This document shows positions 30,500 to 40,945 of a stretch of 64,000 nt of DNA, in pieces (positions within the stretch are counted from its first letter, which is position 1; each line of letters opens with the position of its first letter). The stretch spans positions 496,001-560,000 of the forward strand of contig VRMN01000002.1 in NCBI GenBank assembly GCA_008690995.1, given 5' to 3'. The translations under genes were made by a program, and so were the position numbers. Below the pieces are notes generated by a model. The model was not told the DNA's origin. It did no database searches and saw nothing but the letters and a program-made list of their open reading frames with translations. This stretch comes from Porphyridium purpureum (taxonomy: Eukaryota).

Positions 30500-33400
30500 A
30501 TGGACGGGGAGGGCGAAAGAAACGAAATCCATTGGGGCGACGTTTTGAATTTCACAGGAGGAAAACTCTCAGATGCGTCCTTCCACGTCGAGCGGTCGGG
30601 CAAGGCAAGGTCATCACTGGGCGGGGCTGCTGCAAAGCTCCTTGCGTCTGTCGAGAACGCATCCACCATACTGGACTCCCTCAAGCACCTGCGCAAGGAT
30701 CTTCATCTCAGCACACGGGAGTCGTTGCAAATCCTTAGCAGCCTTTCCAAGCAGGTGAAGGAGCAGAACGGGGCACGCGTGAGCTCCCTTTCTCATACGC
30801 AAGACAAATCAGGAATGGAGATGGAAGATTCGGACAAGAAAAGTGCACTCCAGGGCTCTATGCAAGATGTCCACGAATCGAAATGTATCGCAAATGCGGA
30901 CGCTGCGCACGAAATCGCGCGAGCTCCTGACCGACCGACCTACCGACCTTTGAAAGAAAGAGTGGCTCTCTTCTTGGGGGTGGCAGATGGAGATGGCACC
31001 GCCGACACTTACACGTTTGATGCGAGTCTTCATGGGTCTTTGGACTCATGCATGCACCCTGCTTCGGGCCCCGGCACAGCTGCATATGAATGCGTAGAGG
31101 ATGGTAAAGTGAGACCCGCGGCGGTTCAACGCATCGTGTCCGAGGAGAAACTGTCGGCGTGTGGATTGGATGATGAAACTGGGAATACTCGTCGGAAGTC
31201 CGCGTGCCGCGCAGAAGAGCCAGGAGAAGTACCCATGGAATTTTTCTTTAGAGGTACCATCATAGCAAAAGACGAGCGCGTGTCCCCTCCCTCATGGGCA
31301 GTCGTTGAATGCGATATAGATGATTTAATCAGGTTTTTGCGCACATGCGGCCCAGATTTAGGATTCAGACACGATGCGTCTTCCTGGGAACACATCGTGT
31401 CCGAGCATGGACTCAGCCGAATACGTGTACCACGCCGTGTCATGATGGATTACATCAAGGCGAATAGTATTAATTCCGTGATGCCAGGTGCGCGCGTGAG
31501 AGGCTTCGCTGGAGTTTTGGAAACTGCAAGGCACGGAAGAGCTCCCCCGAGCCCGAACATGGCAACGACGTTTCATGTATTGCAAATATCACATCTGGAC
31601 GAGAAGCCTCGAAAGCTGTTGCCAATACCTCAGTACCGGCCTGCAATGAGGCAAAAAGGAGCCATACTTGCGGCGCAGAGAAAACGGATTCTCTCGGAAG
31701 ACATGACTGGCGAGGAGACAGATCACACAATTCACGTTCGAGGCTCGAAGCACGAGCATTCGTTCGCGTATCAAGTGCCGCATTTGCGCATCACACCTCT
31801 GTGCTTTGGCCCGGGCTCGCTTGATGACCTTCATTGGCGCTTGGAGAACGTGAAACAAACAGGAAGCCCTGTGGGCATTGCCATGCCTTTGGTCGACAGA
31901 TATCAAGCGTCGTACCTTGTTATTTCTGGATGTTCACAGATATTGGTGATGGACGTTCGCTCTGGATCTTACGGTGACAAATCTGTGGAGGAGTGGTCTC
32001 ACCTTCGGACGCTTGTGATTGATTTTTTTCTCTGCGAAAGGATCATCAAGTGCCATTTTGGAATTGACGAATGGTTGGCGATACTGGGACAAACTTTTTC
32101 TCTGGACCTAGCCGAAAGGAATGAGATCAAGAACAAATCCCCTTTGCTTTTTGATGTGAGGCTTTTTGATTGGATGCTATGTACTCCCATTCCAGACGCA
32201 GATGTTCGAGATACGAATATGCACGTCTCTGAACGTTGCCTTTTGAAGAAAGACGACCAACAAAAACAGTTCCAATCTCTAGAGAGATGCATTGAGAATT
32301 ATTCGTTGGTGCCTTTCACAATCAGCTCTCGATTGAATGTAGTCGAAAGGATCGACCCGTACATTTGGTCAGAGCGCCCATTGAGCTCATTTGCACTATT
32401 TTGCATGGCTGAACAGTGTGCCCAGGTGGCTCCGCTTGCGATTCTTGTGCTTCGGAAGCTACAGTTTTTTGACCTGATATGCTCATATTGGGAAGACAGT
32501 GTCGAAACATTCGGCCGGAAAGTGTCAGATTGGATTGGTCTTTTTCCGGAAGAGGTAGAGTCGATCGTTCGACCCCGCCTTCCGGCAGACTTAAAAAGTA
32601 CGCTCAAGAATCATTCTATTTTCTTAAGCCCCATTGGTCTCAGCAACGATGAAGACTTCGATTCTGACGACGAGGTCGTTGCTAAGAATGACTCGTTCAA
32701 GCTGAAGACTCCTTTAGTCCAGTACAACTGCGTCCCGGGCGAGACATTGTCAATCGACCTGAAAATGCTGAACTTTGGCACGAGAGCACGAGCACTGGCA
32801 GATATGGTAGTCGAAGGGACGACGTGCTTCAAGTTTGCAAAGTTAGGCGAGCGCATCTCAAGCACAGCTGTGGAGCCGGGACATTCAATTGCGCTGGAGG
32901 GACGGTTCAGATCCGAGCAAGTTGGTATGTACAAAGCCACAATTCGTATTGCGTTTAAGGACGCCGACCTCATTCCGTTGGTGACAACAATCGGTATACA
33001 TGTGGTGTCCAAAGACTACATTGGCGGGAACCGGCGTGGTTTGCCTCTATCGAAACTTGTCGAGCAATTGGAGCGAGAAGAGTCGTGGTCGTTTGGCCAG
33101 TGCGTGCAGGTCTGGCCGCTTCCTGATCGTCTCCGAAGAGCAGCGATACGCGATTATGCAATTCCACCTGAGCTGCGTGGCAAATCGCGCGACTTTGTAG
33201 GTATCCATTTACGCGGGTGCGCATCTGGCAAAGAGAAAAATGAAAGCATCGAAGCGGAATCACGAGCATATGCTGATCGCCTGCACACATTGCTTTGGCT
33301 TGAAGAAGAAGCGCTGGAACAGTGTGCGGCGAAATACAGCACGCGGGCCAAAGTCGAGGTCTGCAAAGAAAAAGCGGGAGCGATGATGTGTAAGGTCACG

Positions 33401-35356
33401 CTTGGAAAGGATTTGAGTGAGATGCGTCCGAGCGTTCTTCCCGATGACATTGTATACCTTCAGCGAGCTGGGAATCAAGTTGCGTTTGAAGCTCGCGTTC
33501 GAAAGGTTTTGCAGAAATCGCTTAGGCTTGAGCCTGCAAAAGAGTTTTTCGCTGATCATCGGCCCGAAGCTTTGTATAAGATCAGCTTTCAATTCAACCG
33601 GACGTCTTTAGTTCGGGCACACAAGGCATTAGATGCATTCATGAAATCTTTCGCGGAATTGAGGAATCTTGTCTTTGAACGATCTCTTACTGCTGCAGAG
33701 CTGCGGAGACTTCAAAAAGAGGATGAAGTCCTTGGAGACAACTGGGATGAACCGTCCAAAGAAAACCTTCACAATGCAGAACAGTTCAGGGCCGTCGACC
33801 TCATCGCAAGTCTTAGGGAAGAGAAGGACAATTCACCGTACTTGGTCTTCGGGCCGCCCGGCACTGGAAAAACTTTAGTGCTCGTGGATGCTATTTGCGC
33901 CGTTCTCAAAAAATCACCCGGCGAGCGCATTCTTGCGTGTGCACCTTCGAACGCGGCAGCAGATGTGATCGCGAGTCGCCTGATGTCGAGACTCAAGAAA
34001 GGCGTCCTGCTTCGCTACAAAGCGGCATCGTGTGGTGTTAAGGAGAGCGTTAGTGCTGAAGAACTTGACTACACGAATTGGAATGACGACGAAGGTCGTT
34101 TCGAGCAGCATTCTCACGAGAAACTCTCAAAGTACAGCGTGCTCGTTACGACTTGTAATATGGCATGGACTCTATCCGAGACCAGCATGCGGCAGAGTTG
34201 TGAGCCCCTCATTTTCCAGTGGATTTTCGTCGATGAAGCAGGGTATGCGACTGAACCAGACCTGCTTTGCGCTTTCGCGAACAAGGTTACCAGCCGATCT
34301 CGGGTGATTCTCTTTGGTGATCCGAAGCAACTTGGCCCAGTGGTGATGAGCCGTGTCGCAGAAAAAGCCGGATTGGGAAGATCATTGATGGAACGTATCT
34401 TTGATGTTCGAGTTGAGCTTCAAAGAAAGCGCGGCGAAAAAAGACCGTATCGCATGTCGTTGTTGACCAAAAACTATCGGTCACATTCTGCTATCATCGA
34501 ATTTTCGAACTTGCGCTTTTACGGTGGGAAGCTTGAGTCTGATCCGGCAGTCGAAGCGTTGCGTGAGGAGTACAGGCTCGCCACGCTGCTGCCACATATA
34601 AGTGACTTTCCAGTGGCATTTATAGAGGTTTTCGGCATGGAATGTAGGGATTTTGGATCTCCGTCCTTTTACAACAAGGCAGAAATCGACGTGTCCGAGC
34701 GGATTGTCCAACAAGTTATCCAAGTAGAAAGGATCGAACTTGCGAAGATAGGATTCATTACTCCGTACAGGCGCCAAGCGGAGGAATTTCGTGCTCTGGC
34801 GAAGCGCAGGAAGTGGCATGATATCCAGGTTGGTTCAGTAGAAGTCTTTCAAGGTTGTGAAAAGGACGTGATCATATATAGCACGGTGCGGGGACTCGGA
34901 GAGAATGAACATGACTCGCCCGCGCAGCTTGCGTTTCTTGGAAACGAGAAGCGGTTCAATGTAGCCGCCACGAGAGCACAGAGGCTTTTTTTCGTTGTGG
35001 GGAACCCTATTGCTCTTGGCAAGCTTCCGTTGATGAAGAGCTTTCTTGACATGTGCCGTGCTCGCAACGCATACGTGACGATGGCATCGACACTGCATGG
35101 GAAGGTTTTGAGCAGTGACTCCGTTCCGTCCAGAGCTCCTAATGTCGCTGGGGTCGAAGGCGGCACGCCCTGGACAGAAGAAGCGAGCGAAACCGCCCGT
35201 GACTGCATTCCACAGCATGTGGATGACCATGCCGCAGAGAAGGAAATGAAGGTAGCTGCTGATGCTATCGAAGAAAAAGGAGACAAAAGCGACCCACGCA
35301 AGCGCGCAGAGCGTGCAGAACATACGACGGCCAGGCGCGTGAGGCAAAGGAGGTAG
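30500..35356 (+). CDS. MOV10/SDE3/Armitage-like SF1 (UPF1-like) RNA helicase with an N-terminal degenerate 3'-5' exonuclease-like domain
   Basis: LLWLEE, E.RPSVL.DD, F.FNR.SL.R.H.A, FGPPGTGKT, CAPSNAAAD, DEAG, GDPKQLGP, NYRSH, GSVE.FQG.EK, KRFNVA.TRA. The start may be downstream. Confidence 0.9.
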   Translation: MDGEGERNEIHWGDVLNFTGGKLSDASFHVERSGKARSSLGGAAAKLLASVENASTILDSLKHLRKDLHLSTRESLQILSSLSKQVKEQNGARVSSLSHTQDKSGMEMEDSDKKSALQGSMQDVHESKCIANADAAHEIARAPDRPTYRPLKERVALFLGVADGDGTADTYTFDASLHGSLDSCMHPASGPGTAAYECVEDGKVRPAAVQRIVSEEKLSACGLDDETGNTRRKSACRAEEPGEVPMEFFFRGTIIAKDERVSPPSWAVVECDIDDLIRFLRTCGPDLGFRHDASSWEHIVSEHGLSRIRVPRRVMMDYIKANSINSVMPGARVRGFAGVLETARHGRAPPSPNMATTFHVLQISHLDEKPRKLLPIPQYRPAMRQKGAILAAQRKRILSEDMTGEETDHTIHVRGSKHEHSFAYQVPHLRITPLCFGPGSLDDLHWRLENVKQTGSPVGIAMPLVDRYQASYLVISGCSQILVMDVRSGSYGDKSVEEWSHLRTLVIDFFLCERIIKCHFGIDEWLAILGQTFSLDLAERNEIKNKSPLLFDVRLFDWMLCTPIPDADVRDTNMHVSERCLLKKDDQQKQFQSLERCIENYSLVPFTISSRLNVVERIDPYIWSERPLSSFALFCMAEQCAQVAPLAILVLRKLQFFDLICSYWEDSVETFGRKVSDWIGLFPEEVESIVRPRLPADLKSTLKNHSIFLSPIGLSNDEDFDSDDEVVAKNDSFKLKTPLVQYNCVPGETLSIDLKMLNFGTRARALADMVVEGTTCFKFAKLGERISSTAVEPGHSIALEGRFRSEQVGMYKATIRIAFKDADLIPLVTTIGIHVVSKDYIGGNRRGLPLSKLVEQLEREESWSFGQCVQVWPLPDRLRRAAIRDYAIPPELRGKSRDFVGIHLRGCASGKEKNESIEAESRAYADRLHTLLWLEEEALEQCAAKYSTRAKVEVCKEKAGAMMCKVTLGKDLSEMRPSVLPDDIVYLQRAGNQVAFEARVRKVLQKSLRLEPAKEFFADHRPEALYKISFQFNRTSLVRAHKALDAFMKSFAELRNLVFERSLTAAELRRLQKEDEVLGDNWDEPSKENLHNAEQFRAVDLIASLREEKDNSPYLVFGPPGTGKTLVLVDAICAVLKKSPGERILACAPSNAAADVIASRLMSRLKKGVLLRYKAASCGVKESVSAEELDYTNWNDDEGRFEQHSHEKLSKYSVLVTTCNMAWTLSETSMRQSCEPLIFQWIFVDEAGYATEPDLLCAFANKVTSRSRVILFGDPKQLGPVVMSRVAEKAGLGRSLMERIFDVRVELQRKRGEKRPYRMSLLTKNYRSHSAIIEFSNLRFYGGKLESDPAVEALREEYRLATLLPHISDFPVAFIEVFGMECRDFGSPSFYNKAEIDVSERIVQQVIQVERIELAKIGFITPYRRQAEEFRALAKRRKWHDIQVGSVEVFQGCEKDVIIYSTVRGLGENEHDSPAQLAFLGNEKRFNVAATRAQRLFFVVGNPIALGKLPLMKSFLDMCRARNAYVTMASTLHGKVLSSDSVPSRAPNVAGVEGGTPWTEEASETARDCIPQHVDDHAAEKEMKVAADAIEEKGDKSDPRKRAERAEHTTARRVRQRR

Positions 35357-35438
35357 TGACAAGTTTTCATGACATATTGGATTCCACAAACAGGACTTGA
35401 CGCTCAGGTTTGATTTCAAATGAGGCGGTTTCCGCCGT

Positions 35439-37397
35439 TTAGACCCCTAGAATACCTGGACTGCGGAACTTTAGCCTGCTCGGCTCCAGCGAAGCGGATG
35501 CGTCCAGCCCCAAGCGCTTCTTCAAGTTCGCTTCATACTCAGCATAATTGCCTTCGAACCATTCGACTTTGCTGTCTCCTTCAAACGCAAGAATATGCGT
35601 GGCAATCCTGTCCAAGAACCAGCGGTCGTGACTGATACAAACTACACAGCCTGCAAACTGGAGAATAGCATCTTCAAGGTTACGGAGCGTGTCGGTATCT
35701 AGATCATTCGACGGCTCATCCAGCAGAAGCACATTGCCTGACTGCTTCAGTACCTTGGCGAGGTTGACACGATTTCGCTCGCCTCCACTGAGGTCGCGCA
35801 TTTTCTTCTGCTGGTCGCCGCCTTTGAAATTAAACCAAGACAAGTAGGCGCGACCCGCGATCGTGCGACCACCAAAATCGACCTCGTCATTCCCTTCGGA
35901 AATTTCTTCGTACACTGTGTTGTCGTCGCGAAGAGAGTCACGATTCTGGTCCACGTACATGAGCTTAACGCTTGGTCCCACACGAAGTGTGCCCTTGTCC
36001 GGAACATCCTGGCCAGCGATCATTCTGAACAGCGTCGACTTGCCGCTGCCATTCGCACCAATCACGCCTACAATCCCGCCACGCGGCAAGTTGAAGGACA
36101 GATTCTCGAAAAGCAGCTTGTCCCCGAAACTTTTACCGATATCTTCCGCTTCGACAACAAGCTCACCGAGTGGTGGACCGGCGGGAATGACTATCTGATT
36201 CATCGCTGTCAATGCACGGTCTCGGTCTCGCGCAGACTCGCTTACCAGTTCTTCGTACCTGGTCATCCTGGCCTTCTGCTTGGTCTGTCGCCCCTTGGCA
36301 CTAGATCGCACCCATTCCAACTCGGCAGAAATCATTTTCTGACGAGCTGACTCTTGTTTCTCCTCCTGCTTCAAGCGCTCCGCTTTCTTCTCCAGATACT
36401 TTGAATAATTACCTTCATATGGGTAACCCGCTCCTCGGTCGAGCTCAAGGATCCAGTTCGCGCAATTGTCCAGGAAATAACGGTCATGAGTAATTGAGAC
36501 CACCGTACCCGGGAATTTCCCCAAAAATTGTTCGAGCCAAGCGACCGAACCGGCGTCCAAGTGATTGGTCGGCTCATCGAGTAGGAGCATTTCTGGCTTC
36601 TCCAGCAAAAGCTTGCATAGCGCAACCCGGCGCTTCTCCCCACCTGACAAGGTATTGATGAGTGCATCATCTGGCGGACAGCGAAGCGCATCTTTCGCTC
36701 GATCGAGCATCCGGTCCAGTTCCCATCCGTTCTGCGCTTCGATTTCGTCCTGCAGTCTCATCATTTCTTTACCAAGGCTTTCCAACTCGTCCGCAGGAAG
36801 CGAGGCATCGCCCATTTTAACGCTTACTTCTTCGAATCGCTTGAGAGTGTTGCGCAGCGCAGCAACACCGGCGTCAATGTTTTCCCCTACCGTGTCGCCA
36901 TCCGTGAGCTCCGGTTCTTGCTCAAGATATCCGATTTTCAGATTACGCTGCGGAAGCGCGTCGCCGTCAAAATCCCGATCCACGCCGCCCATGATCTTCA
37001 TGAGGCTGCTCTTGCCGGATCCGTTACTGCCAAGAACACCGATCTTCGCTCCCGGGAAGAAGGAGAGCGATATATTGTTGAGAATCTGCTTGCCAGTGGG
37101 GAGCGTCTTGCCCACGCGGTGCATCTGAAAGACGAATTCTTTTCGACTGGTATCGATGCTCGTGTTGGACGAGGCCAAGTCGGCGTCTTTCTTCGGCCCG
37201 GAAGTCGCCCCTTTTCCTTTCTTTCCGCCCTTTCCCTTCTTCAAGCTCGAGGCGTTCAGACCCATGCGCACAGGCCCGGCGCGCGCTGTCGCCGCGCTGG
37301 TCCTCACGACACATGTTCGGCTGGCTGCACTGAAGCGGGTGCCTTGCGCGCGCAATTGCAGCGGCGAAGCGCCGAGCCCGAACGCAAGCGATGCCAT
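35439..37397 (-). CDS. ettA: Plastid-targeted ABC-F translation throttle EttA
   Basis: LSFFPGAKIGVLG.NGSGKS, LSGGEKRRVAL, LDEPTNHLD, second ABC domain LSGGERNR, SHDRWFLDRIATHILAFEG. MASLAF transit peptide. Confidence 0.95.
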   Translation of the reverse strand: MASLAFGLGASPLQLRAQGTRFSAASRTCVVRTSAATARAGPVRMGLNASSLKKGKGGKKGKGATSGPKKDADLASSNTSIDTSRKEFVFQMHRVGKTLPTGKQILNNISLSFFPGAKIGVLGSNGSGKSSLMKIMGGVDRDFDGDALPQRNLKIGYLEQEPELTDGDTVGENIDAGVAALRNTLKRFEEVSVKMGDASLPADELESLGKEMMRLQDEIEAQNGWELDRMLDRAKDALRCPPDDALINTLSGGEKRRVALCKLLLEKPEMLLLDEPTNHLDAGSVAWLEQFLGKFPGTVVSITHDRYFLDNCANWILELDRGAGYPYEGNYSKYLEKKAERLKQEEKQESARQKMISAELEWVRSSAKGRQTKQKARMTRYEELVSESARDRDRALTAMNQIVIPAGPPLGELVVEAEDIGKSFGDKLLFENLSFNLPRGGIVGVIGANGSGKSTLFRMIAGQDVPDKGTLRVGPSVKLMYVDQNRDSLRDDNTVYEEISEGNDEVDFGGRTIAGRAYLSWFNFKGGDQQKKMRDLSGGERNRVNLAKVLKQSGNVLLLDEPSNDLDTDTLRNLEDAILQFAGCVVCISHDRWFLDRIATHILAFEGDSKVEWFEGNYAEYEANLKKRLGLDASASLEPSRLKFRSPGILGV

Positions 37398-37553
37398 GAT
37401 ATACGTGGACAGAGTCACCCTTGCCGTCGCCGTCCCTGGCGCGTCACGCCACCTCGCGCGCACGCGAAGGGTCAGGAGACATAATAAACACGACAGTTTT
37501 GGTAGAGAGATAATTGAGCTGGAGTGTACACAGACCTCGCAGATATTCACATT

Positions 37554-38273
37554 TTATTGGGGCGCGAGCGTGTGCGACTCGGCCGCCGCGGACGGTTTCG
37601 GGCACGCTACGTCAGGCATGGCCACGGTCAGATACGACGCGTTGAGCAGCTCGCTCCGCAGCTCGAGAAGAGAATCGGACTGATCCGCGGCGTGTACCAC
37701 GCCGCCAACCAGCGCGGATTCGAAAAGCGTGTACTCGTCGGCGTCCACAAGCAAGCGGAAATTGAGCAACGAGAGCATTTCGAGCTCAAGCGTGTTCATC
37801 TCCATCACACTGATGCCCCCAATCTCTGCGTAAAACGAGTTCTGGTAGAAAACGTCGTCGTTCATTTTCGCAGCCAGAATAATCGCGCTTATCAAAAGTC
37901 GGTGCACAGTGTGAGAGCTCAGCAGCTCGTTTTCGGCGCCACTCACTCTGGGCATGCTTGCCTCGTCGCACCGGTCTCGGTAACGCTCGCATGCTCGTCG
38001 AACGAAAATCAGCGCCACAATCATGCAGGAAGGCGAACAGCAGGCGTATCGTGCGAGGCGATCAACGTACTCACGGATCGACACAGGCGGCACCTCGCTT
38101 GAGTAGAATGCCAGCAGGCTACGTTCTTCGAAGGGCGGATGCTGCGTCAAGTACGCCCCTTCGCACGCTTGCACGGAGACTTCGAGCGCAGTTGCGACCA
38201 CACTGACCATCAAGGACCCGCTCTCGTGCAGCGATTTTCGGCATCCAGCTTCCACGACGCGCAGAGCACACAT
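37554..38273 (-). CDS. PHO80-like / U-type (P-type) cyclin
   Basis: P.VSIREYV.R..RY..CSPSC..VAL, VHRLLI....LAAK..DD.FY.N..YA.IGG....EMN.LE...L..L.F.L.V. Confidence 0.92.
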   Translation of the reverse strand: MCALRVVEAGCRKSLHESGSLMVSVVATALEVSVQACEGAYLTQHPPFEERSLLAFYSSEVPPVSIREYVDRLARYACCSPSCMIVALIFVRRACERYRDRCDEASMPRVSGAENELLSSHTVHRLLISAIILAAKMNDDVFYQNSFYAEIGGISVMEMNTLELEMLSLLNFRLLVDADEYTLFESALVGGVVHAADQSDSLLELRSELLNASYLTVAMPDVACPKPSAAAESHTLAPQ

Positions 38274-38715
38274 GGCACGCGCCCGTCCCGTTCGAGCCGC
38301 CTCGGACCTTTTGTTGCCTGTCGTATGCGCAGTGTGTGCTCTTCCGCTGCACTTCTTGTCTCGACAACTATACCAGGAAGCCAGACCGCAGGTCTGTTTG
38401 CTGAGCCAACGGCCAGCTCGGCGAACGAGCGCAATCTATGCGGGGCTCGTACTCGCGCGATGCAGCAGGTGCCGTGCGCGGCTTCGCTTAATCTTAAGAT
38501 TCAAAGGAGCGCCTGAACAGAGTGACCAGTTCTTGGGCTGCTCCGCAAACTGCCGCAGCGTCTTCACGGTCACGCGCGCACCGGAAAGCTGCCGAGTCAG
38601 CTGCCGCCCAGCGCGAGAAAGGCCAACTGTACACCCACGCTCAAGAACCACATGCCCGCAGAAGTGTACGACGGGGCGAGTGCGGATGGTCGCGGGATGG
38701 CGCGCGGCGCTGCCA

Positions 38716-39798
38716 TCATTCCGCTGCGCATTGCGCCGCACACGCCATGAGCGTGTGCCGGATCGCCTGGGGGATGCCGTGCGCCAGGTCGAGAGAGTAG
38801 CCGCCTTCCAGCCCGAACATGATCCGCCCGTGCCCAACGCAGTCGAACAGGATTTCGGCGAGCCGCTCAAAGTCAGCAGGCTGCAAGCTCATCCCGCCCA
38901 GCGGGTCGCTGCTCAGCGTGTCGTACCCAGCACTCACTATCAGCAGCTCCTTGGCCGCGCCGCTGCTCACGAGGAAGGGCACAATCTGTTCGTGAAGAAC
39001 TTTTTCGTACTCTCGCCATTCGATTCCGGCGGGCAGAGGCACGTTCAAAATATTGCCCAGCGGGCCGTGAAAGTCCGCTGCGCCTGTCCCAGGATACAGT
39101 GGCGACTGATGCGTACTGCAGTAGAACATATTCCCATCCTTGCGAACAACGCTCTCCGTTCCGTTCCCATGATGAACGTCGAAATCAAAAACACCAACTT
39201 TTCCGACGCCGCGCTTCTCCAGCGCGTGCTTGGCCGCGATGGCCGCGTTGCTGAACAAGCAGAAGCCCTGGCTCATAAATCCCGTCGCGTGGTGGCCAGG
39301 AGGCCGTGCGAGAACAAATGCCGGCATATTCGAGTCAAGCACCATATCGATGCCTTGCATCCATGCCGAAACTGCGAGAAGAGCGGTTTGGTATGACGAA
39401 GAGGAGATAAAAGTGTCACCATCTAAGCGCCTCCCACCGCGCTCGCTGGCCTCCCAAATTTCGTCCACATGATCCTGATGGTGCACTCGAAGAATCGCCT
39501 CCATCACGTCCTGTAGTCTTCCGCCTTCATGGATGCTCACCGGTTCAACCAACTCCAGACCGCTCTCATCTCGGAGCAGTTGTACTGTCCGCTCCAGGCG
39601 CGCAGGACACTCCGGGTGCCCAGCCGGGACCGTATGCTCAAGAAACTGCGGGGAGTACAAGACCGGCACTCGACGGGAGAGCATCTCAATCCTGCTAGCT
39701 CGCGGTCCACCGTGCACATGTGCCACTGGGCGTCGCCCAAGTAAGCGGCCCCCAGCGAGAACGCGCCCTAGAGCAGGTGCATGTACAAAAAGAACCAT
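38716..39798 (-). CDS. Histone deacetylase family protein (bacterial/HDA14-like, probably plastid)
   Basis: HPECPARL, RPPGHHA, GFCLF.N, DFDVHHGNGT, YPGTG, SAGYD, LEGGY. Confidence 0.93.
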   Translation of the reverse strand: MVLFVHAPALGRVLAGGRLLGRRPVAHVHGGPRASRIEMLSRRVPVLYSPQFLEHTVPAGHPECPARLERTVQLLRDESGLELVEPVSIHEGGRLQDVMEAILRVHHQDHVDEIWEASERGGRRLDGDTFISSSSYQTALLAVSAWMQGIDMVLDSNMPAFVLARPPGHHATGFMSQGFCLFSNAAIAAKHALEKRGVGKVGVFDFDVHHGNGTESVVRKDGNMFYCSTHQSPLYPGTGAADFHGPLGNILNVPLPAGIEWREYEKVLHEQIVPFLVSSGAAKELLIVSAGYDTLSSDPLGGMSLQPADFERLAEILFDCVGHGRIMFGLEGGYSLDLAHGIPQAIRHTLMACAAQCAAE

Positions 39799-39968
39799 GA
39801 TGTACGGGACTCCAAGCAACAACAAAGGTCACCTTCTTCCCTTCGCACCCGAGCGCAGTTTCAGAACAATCTGCTCAAACCCGAAGAAAGTTCCTCGAGG
39901 CTCGTGCGTCCGCCAGATTGACATGCAGGCGTGCGCATGGTGGGTCTGGTCAGCCTAGTCAGATTGAT

Positions 39969-40937
39969 ATGGCGTTCGTGCGAGCTTGTTTGCCCCGTGG
40001 CGTCACTCGTGTGGCGCAGCGTTCGGTGTGTTCGGTGACAGAGGATCGTCCAATTCTCCTCGCTTGCCTGCTGAATCTCTCCGAGGCGCGGAATGTGTCC
40101 AAAGTAGAGGAGGTAGCAGCAGCCGCCGGATGCGCTGGAGCCGCAATCGTGCACGTGTTCCGGGACCATGATTATAATCGCTCTGTAATTACGCTTGTTG
40201 GAAAGAAAGAGTCGTTGCTGGGTGCGGTCAAGGGCGCGTGCTCGAAGGCCATAGAGCTGCTGGATTTGCGGGAGCACATTGGCCACCACGCGCGCGCCGG
40301 AGTGGTGGATCTGATTCCATTTCACCCTCTTACAGAAGATGATGAAGAACTTCGCGACTGTGCAGAGCTTGCCCAAAAGACAGCGCGCTTCCTGGAGGAT
40401 CGTGGAATGCATGCGTTTTTGTACGGAGCCGCAGACCCGCAGGGACGTTCGCTCGTGTACAGGAGAAAAATGCTCCACTGGTTCCAGAATGGCGCGCCCT
40501 TGAGCAACGCAGAGCATATTCGGGACCTCAAACTCGCAGGAGAATGGGCTGAATACGGCCCACCTATCGGATCTACAGATTGCGTCTCGTGGCAGAAGCT
40601 GGGAATCGCTGGCGTAGGGGCGACTCCGTACGTGATCAATTTCAACGTAACCCTAGAGTCCGCAGACATGAAGCTGGGTCGCGCTATTGCCGCACAAATC
40701 CGGGCTACTGCTGCGTCTGGATTGGAAGGCGTGGAGAGTATGGCTTTCCCTCACGATGGTCGAGTTGAGATTGCGTGCAATTTACGTTCCACGGCACCGC
40801 CGCCGGAAGTTGTCTTCAGGCGAATTGAACACGAAGCCAGCATGAGAGGACTTCAAGTGGTTGGAGAAGCAACAATTGTCGGCTATTCGCGAAAAATCTT
40901 GCTCGAGAAGGCGCACGCCCTCATAACTGAAACATGA
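39969..40937 (+). CDS. Glutamate formiminotransferase-like protein (FTCD N-terminal domain)
   Basis: NLSE, D.DYNRSVIT, LDLR.H.G.H.R.GVVD.IPFHPL, FLYG.A, GA.PYV.NFNV, EIACN. MAFV-type N-terminus. Confidence 0.88.
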   Translation: MAFVRACLPRGVTRVAQRSVCSVTEDRPILLACLLNLSEARNVSKVEEVAAAAGCAGAAIVHVFRDHDYNRSVITLVGKKESLLGAVKGACSKAIELLDLREHIGHHARAGVVDLIPFHPLTEDDEELRDCAELAQKTARFLEDRGMHAFLYGAADPQGRSLVYRRKMLHWFQNGAPLSNAEHIRDLKLAGEWAEYGPPIGSTDCVSWQKLGIAGVGATPYVINFNVTLESADMKLGRAIAAQIRATAASGLEGVESMAFPHDGRVEIACNLRSTAPPPEVVFRRIEHEASMRGLQVVGEATIVGYSRKILLEKAHALITET

Positions 40938-40945
40938 TTTTAACC

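Noticed and set aside
38272..39396. 374-aa plus-strand ORF
   Set aside because: Largely an antisense shadow of the HDAC gene with no recognisable motifs.
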